A stretch of 64,000 nucleotides of DNA from Octopus sinensis (taxonomy: Eukaryota): positions 18,600,001 to 18,664,000 of the forward strand of contig NC_043014.1 of NCBI RefSeq assembly GCF_006345805.1, given 5' to 3'. Made by a program: the position numbers and the translations under genes. The notes below the pieces were generated by a model, which was not told where the DNA came from, did not search any database, and saw nothing but the letters and a program-made list of their open reading frames with translations. This document shows, in pieces, positions 13,927 to 24,679 of the stretch (positions are counted from its first letter, which is position 1; the number at the start of each line of letters is the position of its first letter).

Positions 13927-14892
13927 CATACACACAATATGTATATATATATATATATACACATACACACAAATATGTATATATATATATATTATATTAT
14001 ATATATATATATTATATATATATATATATATATATGCACATCCATACATCCATACATGTACACATAATATCCATTGAAGAATTGCTACAGAAACATTCGA
14101 AGTAATCGAGTTTACTTACCAACTGGTATCGTTAAACTCTCAGAGTCGACACTTTCTGTTCTGTGTGTAAAGGCGCAACAAGTGTAAATGAAGTCAATTA
14201 ACGCCTATAAATGTAATAGTTTCGCGTTCGATTATCGCTGAATTCATTTACCGAATTCTTCCTTAAATGAGATTGCTAAGATTCTGACAACCAACTCAAT
14301 AAGTTTTATAGTTGGAAATCTTCCAAAGATTTTGCGTCTTTCAAAGAAAATAGGAAGAAATTTATTTTTGGAACGTGCTTTGGATTGTGTTGGAGGAAAT
14401 CGTTCATAATTTGTGTTCTTTGTGATAAAGAGATATTGTAATCGGAATAGAGCAATGAATAAATGCATATGCATATATGACTGTATGTGTGTATGTATAT
14501 ATTCTTCATATATATATGCATGCACACAAAAATATGTTTCATATACATACATTCATATATATATATATATATATACGCATATATGCACATAAATATACAT
14601 GTATATATGCATACATTCATACATGCATACATACGTATGTACATATGTATATATGTGTGTGTGTTTGTGTGTATGTATGCATATATGAATGTATGGATAT
14701 ATACATGTATATTTACATACACATATATTCGCAAATACATACACTTATATAAATATATTAATGGGTATAGATTTGTATATAAGATTTTATATACTCATAA
14801 ATATTTATATATGTATATATATGTATATATATAAATAAAAAATGTGTATATGTATATATATATATATATATACATATATATACATACATACA

Positions 14893-14936
<44 letters not shown>

Positions 14937-16874
14937 TGTATGTATGTTTATATATTCATACACATCTGTCTATATGTCTATATGCTTGAATGTATGTATG
15001 TCTTTTCTGTCTGTCTGTCTCTGCGTGTTTGTCTTTTTGTATGTATATATCTATGCATATCAGTATGTGCATCAAAAGCGATTAATCAAACAGTTTTCCG
15101 TTTGTCATTAGAATGTTGTGGAAGCGACGTAAGAATTTGTTTCAGGCATTGATATAAGGTTGTGATATCGGCAGAAACATTAGATGGCCTGACGATAATG
15201 ACTTAACGTATAATCGCAAACTTAACGTTTGGCGTTCTGATCTAACTGATGTAAAATTAGATTTGTCAACCTTCTTTCTTAGAAATATGAGTAGTCTTTC
15301 TTTTACAAAATAAATGATTTTAGCAATATATTAAGTAGAGAGACATCCCCCTTATAAATACCATCTTATGTGCTCCTCACACTCATGACTAGACTTTTCT
15401 GTTTTGTGTGTCCCAGTGATATAATTACCGAGTGTAGTTGTTTCCGAGACAGACACCATTGCTATACTCAAAAGACTTAATGTGACTCCTCATCTCCATT
15501 CGTAGGTCTCTGGATAACCGTTTACTACTTCTTGGATTCATTCACCTTTGTAGAACTGCTTTATTTTTGTAATCTCAGTGTCCAACTACTCCTCTACACG
15601 CGAAACTAAGAATGTATATTTGTGGTACTGGTCTTGTTGATGACTGTTCTATCATAGAATTCAGTAGCACTTGTATGATACTCTATGTTCATGTGCCTCG
15701 CCTGTGTTACAAGCATCGAAAATTATGGACCACCTTGACCAAGTCCGATGATTAATGACTTTGCTTGGAATGGGTACAGCTGTGTTTTTCCTTTGCCTTT
15801 TTTCTATTTATATACAGTTCAGTCTGGTAGTGTAGTGCTAACCCGAACTTACTATTGAAGCACCGAGCTTATTCAATCCTTAGAGAAGAGGAATGTGCTC
15901 AAGTGTTATCAAGCTATGTACACACACCTGTAGGTCTGCGTGACGCCTGTCTAGATCTACTCCTCTTTCAAGTTCTGTATGACTCAGTCACAAGACCATT
16001 TTTCTCCGTTTGAGGCCGAAATGGGGCCCTTGACAGGTGATGCTACGCCTGAGCAGAGATGACTTTTGAGAAGTGATTACTAAGAGATAATCGATACTTC
16101 CCAACTTTCTGGATTCCTGAACTCAAAAATGATCACCAGATGTAGTTTAATGTCTTGACAAGGACATGATATGATAATTAATCATTTGCCATCGGTGTCG
16201 ATGTAATCGATTATACGCTCTCGCTGAAATGCTTCGGATTTTTATTAATTTTCGAGCAAAATGATTTGAAAGTATTAAGTTCCTGTTTTTTATATTTTAA
16301 ATTCAAATCGTGCAGACATCGATTTTGACTTTCAGCTTTCTTATGTCGAAAGAATAGAATAAGTATAATATTGGTTACAAAATTCTCTTACATTTTTGCC
16401 CGACCTAAAGGCATAAGTAGCGGGCAAAAATGTCTGGAGTAGGATAACAAAAAAGAAAATACTTACAAACGGTGTTGACTGTATTGGGATGGATCTTTGA
16501 AAAATGACTATTTTTCTGGAATATATTACCGACTTTTACAAATGGGATATATATCACGTAAACAGTAGTGGAACATACCAACTCGTGTTTTATTGTGACA
16601 CGCGCACCCACAGATGCAAGTTTATACACACACATCCATATATATACTCACATCAAGACACGCATACATGCGTCAAGCAATTCCGAACCACAAAGCTGTC
16701 TTGATATAACAAATTTATCTTACCACTATGCTACTGACCGGCTTGAATTCTGCTTTGGAATAAATCTCAAAGACTCACATATACATATACACACACAAAC
16801 ATACATACATACGTAAGCCATAGAAGGGACTGATCACGTCAAAAGCTTGGCATGGAGTACCGATTTGTCTATGA

Positions 16875-17460
16875 CATTCCACCTCGAAGGCTACATATAT
16901 GCAATTAAAAATAGGAAATCCTTACCAGGTGCCTCCAGTATAAAATACAGAAAATGTTGAGACAGAGCAAATGTAGTCTTTGTAAGACTAAGACTTAAGA
17001 CAGCAACCACATTATTGCCAACTGCGAGATGATGTCTTCCATATATTATCTTCCAATGAGGCATATGTAGCGGGCAAAAATGTCTGGAGTAGGATAACAA
17101 AAAAGAAAATACTTACAAACGGTGTTGACTGTATTGGGATGGATCAAACGAATATTTGTGGAACTTAAAAATTAAAACAGCCACTAGGTTAAGCACAAAC
17201 CTCCTTTGTGGGATCACAAAGAAAATATATATTTAGTTGTGGAAATCAGCTTCCTACTGAGTACCAATGTGGTTAAATAGAAAAGTACGAGGGAAAGGGG
17301 ACATCTATGGACTATTGATAAGCAAATTCAGTGCCCAAGATAACATTTCAGCTTCATACCTCTTATTTTTGGAACAACAGAATGCATACCAATCTGTCTG
17401 GAGCAAAGTATGGCTGAACTGAGGAACTTGGGAAAGAATGCAAAGCCTTAATTCATATGC
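16875..17460 (+). mobile_element. RLE-type (R4/Dong/NeSL-like) non-LTR retrotransposon 3' remnant
   Basis: Broken frames give EGYIYAI…, KCSLCKTKT*DSNHIIANCEMMSSIYYLPMRH (CCHC/RH motif), EYLWNLKIKTAT…LWDHKENIYLVVEIS…FIPLIFGTT. Confidence 0.75.
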
Positions 17461-17718
17461 GACAAATGATCACAATATGCGGGAGTATAAAAGTCTGGAA
17501 GAAATTAAAATTTCAAGGATGATGGTTAAAAGTAGATACTTTTATTTACAATCTTGCTATTAAGTAGGTGACCAGTCAAAGTTTACTTTAAAATAAAAGG
17601 AGAGAATATACATGCATACATACATACACACATACATGCATACACACACACACATACATACATACATACATACATACATACATACATACATACTACATAC
17701 ATACATACATATATATAC

Positions 17719-17796
<78 letters not shown>

Positions 17797-18093
17797 ATAT
17801 ATATATAATATATATTATATATATAATATATATTATATACTAGCAGAATTGCCCGGCATTGCTCGGGGCTGAATTGCTTGAAAGTACTGTTAATGATTGC
17901 ACTGAATTATGATGATTATTCAGGCAAATATTGATATAAGTTTCCGCTGGGAGATAAAGACTTAATGATCAAACGTGCCATTGCATTGTTTTTGGGGAAC
18001 CAAATTTCTGATGAGCATTATAGGGGCTCATTATGGCTCACCCCTGTCACACACACACACACACACTCACACAGACACACACACACTCACACA

Positions 18094-18132
<39 letters not shown>

Positions 18133-18886
18133 GCGCACACACACACGTTAGCCAATGTCTGTCAACAATTGACACTGTCGTATATATTAGCGTGTCTATG
18201 TGTCTAAAGAGGAAGTGGGAGTAATAGGCAGAGTAAAGGCTTCAAAGTGAAAGAGTTAAATGTTAAGATATTGAGTTTTCTCGAATTTTGTCTTAATTGG
18301 GGGTGAAATTGAAAGAAATTTTGTATGGCATGACCGAATGGAAGTACTTGTAAAAATCATAGGTAAACTGTAATTGAAGAAATTGTGTGAGGAGTAAATC
18401 TTTATGTATTTATTTGTTTCTGTTTGCTGTTTTGTTATTTTTTTGAGTAGTGTTGTAAGGTACACTTGCAAAGAGAAAGTAGTAGAAATTAGGGTGATAG
18501 CATGAGTGAAGCAGTTCGCTCCGTTTGTGTGTGTGTGTGTGTGCTGTAGCACACACTAAGAAAAGCACTTCACTTACACACCACAATGTGAGTTTTCTCG
18601 AAATTTTGCTTAATTGGGGGTGAAATGTGAAAAACTGTACCTGGCACGACCCGATGTATTCTTCTCTTAAAAATGCTCGGTAAATAGTAATTGAAGAAAT
18701 CCTATATTGTAGATTTCTATAAGAGACAAACGGAGGCAGATAAAATCTGCCTTCTATAATAAGACTAGCAGAATTGCCCGGCATTGCTCGGGGCTGAATT
18801 GCTTGAAAGTACTGTTAATGATTGCACTGAATTATGATGATTATTCAGGCAAATATTGATATAAGTTTCCGCTGGGAGATAAAGAC

Positions 18887-19370
18887 TTAATGATCAAACG
18901 TGCCATTGCATTGTTTTTGGGGAACCAAATTTCTGATGAGCATTATAGGGGCGGCAACTTTAAGTTTGAGAATGTGTGGTGGTAGTCCGGGGTGCTCAAA
19001 GGAATTGAGTACCTCTATTGGATAGTTGATGACGTCCTCTGGGTCAGGAGTTGTATCGATAGACTGATATACATAGACTTCCCCAGGAATGAGTTTTAGC
19101 ATTTCATCATTAATATGGTGAACAGTTTTATTCCTCGGGGCCAGTATAGCCTTTTTGCGAATCCAATCCATATTCTGATAATTAGCTTGTAGATCTGGGA
19201 ACATTGCATCTCTGAGATCAGAAGGCGTCTAAACAATGTTACAAATGGAATCGATGGCAATATTACCATTTTCATCCCCTGGTATTTTGCTTTCGCCAAG
19301 TGCAAGGAGGGTGTGAGGAAATGCTGCTGATGTGATATTACGTCGCATATGAGCACGCATATTGGTGTGA
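18887..19370 (-). pseudogene. Helitron RepHel PIF1-like helicase fragment
   Basis: KAILAPRNKTVHHINDEMLKLIPGEVYVYQSID…NYPIEVLNSFEHPGLPPHILKLKVAAPIMLIRNLVPQKQCNGT matches PIF1/Helitron helicase motifs. The upstream frame gives NMRAHMRR…LLALGESKIP with a stop; the fragment is internally deleted. Confidence 0.92.
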
Positions 19371-20405
19371 AGTTTGAGAGTTACTTCCCTTTATTAAAAA
19401 AAATATGCATTAAAATGGGAAAAAATGATGGTAAATTATTTGTAAAATCGTAGACTCATCGTAGACGCGCGCTAATACCCAGAAGGGCTCGATATGAATC
19501 ACGACTATAAGATACCCGGTTTTGGTTAAACTGCATCGCAAAATGTGGGAGTAGTTAGGAATCTAAATCGGAGTAGACAGACACACAACCTTTCTTTTAT
19601 ATATAAATATTTTCGTCCTAAAAAACTTTGTATGGATTGAATGGTTACCTCTATGGAAATATATACACGCACATTATACATACATGTGTGTATAGATGAA
19701 TATATAAATACATTTAAATATCTATATACACTTTTGGGCGATCTTTCTGTTTCTTAGAGATAACTTTATCCCGTCCGATTCGCTCCAAAATTTACAGGGA
19801 CATGTAGAATGAGGTGACGATGCTCGTGGGCTACCTTAGAAATCCCTATCTTAAAAGGTGTGGTTGCTAGGGGCCATCTTCCTCACTCACCCTATTTCCT
19901 CCCCAGTACCCTCTCCTCCTCTTCATATGACAGGCCACTACGGTTATTTATGTAAAGTCTTCCTCAAATCACTCTCTCGCTATTTACTCTTTTCCAAGAA
20001 CATTTTCACTCACTCTTATCTCTTAGCTTCCCATACATTTTACTCATGTATCTATCAGCGTCATAGACAGAAACAAATATTACATCGCCATCGCCATCGC
20101 ATTCTATTGTCTACCTGTCAACACACACACAGTGAATTACTTTCACTTTATTCGTTGCACACTGTGTGTGTGCGTGTGCGTGTGCTGTATCCCACACTAA
20201 GAAAAGCATTTGACTCATACACCACAATGTGAGTTTTCTCTAAATTTTGCTTAATTGGGGTTGAAATTTTAAAAAGTGGACCTGGCAAGACCCGATGCAT
20301 TCTACTCTTAAAAATGCCAGGTAAATTGTAATTGAAGAAATCCTATATTGTAGATTTCTATAAGAGACAAAGGGAGGCAGATAAAATCTGCCTTTTATAA
20401 TAAGA

Positions 20406-20799
20406 CTAGCAGTATCGCCCGGCGTTGCTCGGGTTTGTAAGGGAAATAATTATATAAGCATTTTTAGAGATGTAAAGTATAATAGCCATCTCAATATGGC
20501 TAACCACAAGGGGGGGGGGGTGTTACTGTAGCTTTTTACGTTCTGAGATTTAATAATAAATTTTAGAGAGTTACTTCCCTTATATATGTCAAAAATGGAT
20601 TAAAAATGGGAAAAATTGATGGTAATTTTTTTTTAAATCGTAGACTCATCGTAGACGCGCGCTAATACCCAGACGGTCTCGATATGAATCACGACTATAA
20701 GATACCCGGTTTTGGTTAAACTGCACCGCAAAATGTGGGAGTAATTAGGAATCTAAATCGTAGGAGACAGACACACAACCTCACTTTTATATATAAAGA
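20406..20799 (-). mobile_element. Complete short non-autonomous Helitron (394 bp)
   Basis: A|TCTTTATATATAAAAGTGAGG … CCCGAGCAACGCCGGGCGATACTGCTAG|T; its 5' part is shared with 19372-19607. Confidence 0.85.
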
Positions 20800-20965
20800 T
20801 TCCTCTATTTACATAATATTGAGGTCTCTTTCTTTCTTTGTTATCTTACTGTTTTTACCAATATACATATATATATATATATATATAAATATATATATAT
20901 AGTTACAGAGATGTACTTGCATAGCAAGTGACTTGATCTGAGATCGTGTGCTGGAACGAAAACAG

Positions 20966-21224
20966 TTGCAGCGTTGAAGGTGTTTATAAGCCACTTAAAA
21001 AACACACAAAAACCGTTAGATTCACTTCAACATTTAAATTTAATTTGTCAAAATATTTTCGTCGCTTTGAGACCGCGACCTGTTAGCACGATAATTTTGT
21101 CAGTGAACAGGTCGCGGTCTCAAAGCGACGAAAATATTTTGGCAAATTAAATTTAAATGTTGAAGTGAATGTAACGGTTTTTGTGTGTTTCTTAAATGGC
21201 TTAGAAACACCTTCCAGGCTGCAA
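20966..21224. repeat. Inverted pseudo-LTR pair of a Penelope-like element
   Basis: Arms 20966-21084 and 21106-21224 are about 119 bp, highly similar inverted copies with a 21-nt spacer, immediately upstream of a GIY-YIG fragment. Confidence 0.8.
21096..21146 (+). ncRNA. Candidate minimal type-I hammerhead ribozyme, G3-C8 core variant
   Basis: UUUGUCA / GUGAACA / G / GUCGC-GGUCUCAAA-GCGAC / GAAA-A-UA-U-U-U / UGGCAAA: 7-bp stem I, 5-bp stem II, palindromic AAUAUU stem III, UUU triplet. Confidence 0.5.
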
Positions 21225-21231
21225 TATATAT

Positions 21232-21680
21232 AGTTTAAACTAAGAATTAAGGTTGTTGAAAAGCCAGGCAACCCTATCAGATCTATAATTGGTAGAAGCT
21301 ATCCTTTCAGTAGAACTCTCTGTACGGATAACTATTGCACTGTATGTAGATTTAGCCCACAAACAAACTGTAAAGCCAGAAATGTGGTCTATAGTATAAG
21401 ATGTATAGAGGGACGATGCAGTAACAAGACAGTAACATACGTAGGGGAAACAGCAAGAAGCATTGGTGAGCGGGTGAATGAACATTGGAGACAACTCAAG
21501 GAAGGTAAAAGCTCATCGATTCTGTACCAACACGCTGAACAAGAAAACAGGGGGGGATCAATCAATAACATAGAGATTAAGATATGTCCACACATAGAAC
21601 AGATGCAACAATTAGACAAATTACAGAAGCTACACATATAATAGAAAATAAACCTAGCCTGAATAGAAAACTAGAATGGA
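21232..21680 (+). pseudogene. Penelope-like GIY-YIG endonuclease fragment
   Basis: KVVEKPGNPIRSIIGRSYPF…C…CTVC…CKARNVVYSIRCIEGRCSNKTVTYVGETARSIGERVNEHWRQLK…ILYQHAEQ (VVY…YVG, R…EH, H motifs). Confidence 0.88.
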
Positions 21681-21791
21681 GCAATAGCGCACACCACAAC
21701 ATATGACGATAGTGGATCCTGCAAACATAATAAATACACAGATAATTAAAGAATAGAAATGAATAACTATATATATGTATATGTGTATGTA

Positions 21792-21822
<31 letters not shown>

Positions 21823-21877
21823 GTATATGTATATGTGTGTATATATATTATATATATATATATATTATGTATATGTA

Positions 21878-21925
<48 letters not shown>

Positions 21926-22239
21926 CAATTAGATTATTATTATTATTACTAATATTGTTGTTATACATACATACAAGCATATGTAATGATAATAATGGGT
22001 GGATGTAAACACATGAACAAAATTAGAACAAAAGCAACAACAACAAAAACAAAATACAAATTACAAGAATGTATATAAACAGAAGATACAAATATTACAG
22101 GCATCCCCCTCACACACACCACTAAATAAACATAGACGCACATAGAGATATAAGCATGCGCAAATGAAGACATACAATAGAAATACAAAATGGCTGACGG
22201 TTAGTAAGGAGAGACACAAGTAAGTGAGAAGAAAACAAA

Positions 22240-22284
22240 GGACCACTGATGCGGTCACAGGAGTGTGACGAAAGAACTTTGTCC
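22240..22284 (+). ncRNA. Candidate minimal type-I hammerhead ribozyme downstream of the GIY-YIG fragment
   Basis: GGACCA / CUGAUGC / G / GUCAC-AGGAGU-GUGAC / GAAA-G-AA-C-U-U / UGUCC: A9 is replaced by C and stem I has one bulge. Confidence 0.55.
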
Positions 22285-22669
22285 GAAATAAGATTAAGAT
22301 TAATGTAAAAAATAAATATCACTGAAGCAAAATAACACCAAATATATAGTGCGTGTGTTTTTATTGGCTAAACTTGCAATATGACCATTCCGAAATATAA
22401 CAATATATATATATATATATATATATGTATATCCTAAACGTATGCATACATACATTTTCATATTCATGCCTAAAGACCTGTCAGAAGGGGTTGAATAAAG
22501 GGCTTCAAATCCCAGTCAGATCTAATTTTATAGTACAAGTTACTTCACATTTTGTATTGCGACCGTCCATAAATGATTGATTGATCTGCTTGTAATTCTT
22601 CAGATTTCTTCATATAATCACCCACAAATTGACACTGAGCTTGTTAACTTTCTCTCTTTCACATTTCAG

Positions 22670-22699
22670 GTGCATTCCGACACTTTGCAGGCTTCATAG
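22670..22699 (+). other. Candidate 30-nt cassette exon (host gene unknown)
   Basis: TTTCTCTCTTTCACATTTCAG|GTGCATTCCGACACTTTGCAGGCTTCATAG|GTAAGA: the strongest splice-site pair I saw on the plus strand. It is frame-preserving, with two open frames (GAFRHFAGFI or CIPTLCRLH). Confidence 0.35.
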
Positions 22700-24142
22700 G
22701 TAAGATGTTGTGGAAACCATGTAACCAAAAAAGTATTAGTAGTTGTAGTAGTAGTAGTTGTTGTTGTTATTGTTTTTGTTGTCACATATGCTGTTAGTGT
22801 TGTAGTATCTACAGCTTGTTAAACGATATCAACTGATAGTCGGCCCTACCACGTTGCTTGACATTGTGTTGTTATAAGCTTTTATCAGCAAAATTCTGAT
22901 TTTCAAATTCAAGTAAGTACGCGTAATTACATTCATAATGACATTAGAAAATGGATGAAATATTATGGCTAATAATCCTTTCATGGCCAAAATATAAGAC
23001 CGATTATAAAGATGATGATATTGATGATGATAATGATGATGATGTAGTCGTCGACGAATTTGATAACAACGGTGATGACAAGGATGATGATGATGATGAC
23101 GACGACACTGATGCCGTGGACGGCGATGATGATAGTGATAACCATGATGTTGTCGTCGCTGCTGCCGCAACTGCTGTTGATGCTGATGTGGAAGAGGATA
23201 GGGAAAATGAGGATTATGGCGGTGGTGAAGAAGACGAAGACAATGATATTGTTAAAGCGTTCTTTTGATTTTAATGGCTACGAAATGCAGAAGATCAGCC
23301 ACTGTGACAATTTTGAAGGCCCCGATAACTGATGCGGAGGAAAGGTGTAGATGGCAATAAAGTGGGGAGACGGAGTTATGCCGATCTTTCGGAATGGATT
23401 TTAATACAGCAAACCTGACTAAAAGCAATGTAAAGCAAACTGTTGTTTCAAACCGGATGAAGAATTAAGTCTAGATCTTTAGCCATTCGCTTGTATACGG
23501 CTCCACAGCACTTACATACATTTATGATACGTTACTTGGAATCAAGAATAGAATTACTTTGCTGAGGAAATATCTGCCAATTTTGGCGTTTCTTTGCGAA
23601 AATCGATCCAAGATTCGTCAGCCGACATAACTGGATTATATCACGTGACAAAGCTTTAATAGCAACAACAGGAAAACGCTTGCCATTATAGTCATTAGTG
23701 ATGTAGCTTTTATTGATGTTTATCAAGAAATTTTGCTGTCTTTGGAGTATCACTTGTACGTGGTTACGACGGCTCACATCGAAGGAAAATAATCGGAGCG
23801 AATCGGATATTAAGATTAAAAGTGCATGAGTCGAGGTTCACGTTCACTACAGGGGATTTTCCTTGTTGTGGGTGTTGGTGTTCTTTAACGTTCGATCAGC
23901 TGTGCTCGATCAAGAATTTAAAGTGTCCCAACCATGACCATCGCTTCTACTTCATTTTAGACGTAGTTTTCTCTGATACTATACTGGAAATGGTAGTGTG
24001 TGATTTGAAAGAATCTTCTTGCTGCTTCTTGTTACGTAGACTTCTGCAATGGAATTATAAAATAATACACACACTCACACGCGCGCTACATACGTACCTA
24101 CATACATACATACATACATACATACATACATACATACATACA

Positions 24143-24175
<33 letters not shown>

Positions 24176-24177
24176 TC

Positions 24178-24385
24178 CTTTATTCTTCTACTTGTTTCTC
24201 TCACTTGGCTGCGGCCATACTGGAGCGCAGCATTCAAGGGCTTTTAGTCGTAGATGTCGAACTCAGCACTTATTCTTAGTAATCCTAGTTCTTATTCTAT
24301 CGAACCTTTTGTCGAACCGATAGATTATGAGAACTTAAACACACCAATATCGGTTATCAAGCGATAGCGAAGGGACAAACACAGA
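24178..24385 (-). mobile_element. SINE family A, 3' part (older copy)
   Basis: Reverse-complement match to the tails of other family A copies (…GCTGCGGCCATACTGGAGCGCAGC…ATCAAGCGAT…GGGACAAACAC). Confidence 0.75.
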
Positions 24386-24648
24386 CACAAAAACACACAC
24401 ACATATATGTTATACATATATACATGTATGTATTTCTTCTTAAGTTATTATATTGGTTCTTAGATATACATTTATTCAGGTGAGAGGTTAATTAATTGTC
24501 TATCATTAGTATTTTAATACTTATGCTCGTATTTCTGTTAGTACATGTGAATACGTGCGTATGCGTATATACTATGTATGTATGTATGTATGTATGTATG
24601 TATATATGTATGTATTCATGTATGCATGTATGCATGTATGTATGTATG

Positions 24649-24679
<31 letters not shown>

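Larger units (their letters stand above)
17840..20799 (-). mobile_element. Compound head-to-tail Helitron array (at least 4 units)
   Basis: 3' ends with a CCCGAGCAAYGCCGGG hairpin plus CTAG at 17840, 18765 and 20406. 5' TC ends lie at 18764, 20405 and 20799. CTAG|TC junctions occur at 18765/18764 and 20406/20405. Confidence 0.85.

Noticed and set aside
15350-16130. Possible ancient LINE endonuclease/RT remnant on the minus strand
   Set aside because: Only vague motif resemblance with many stops; I cannot support a family call without a profile search.
22951-23268. Asp/Glu-rich 105-aa ORF containing DYKDDD (FLAG-like)
   Set aside because: A degenerate (GAT)n microsatellite explains it; the tag resemblance is coincidental.
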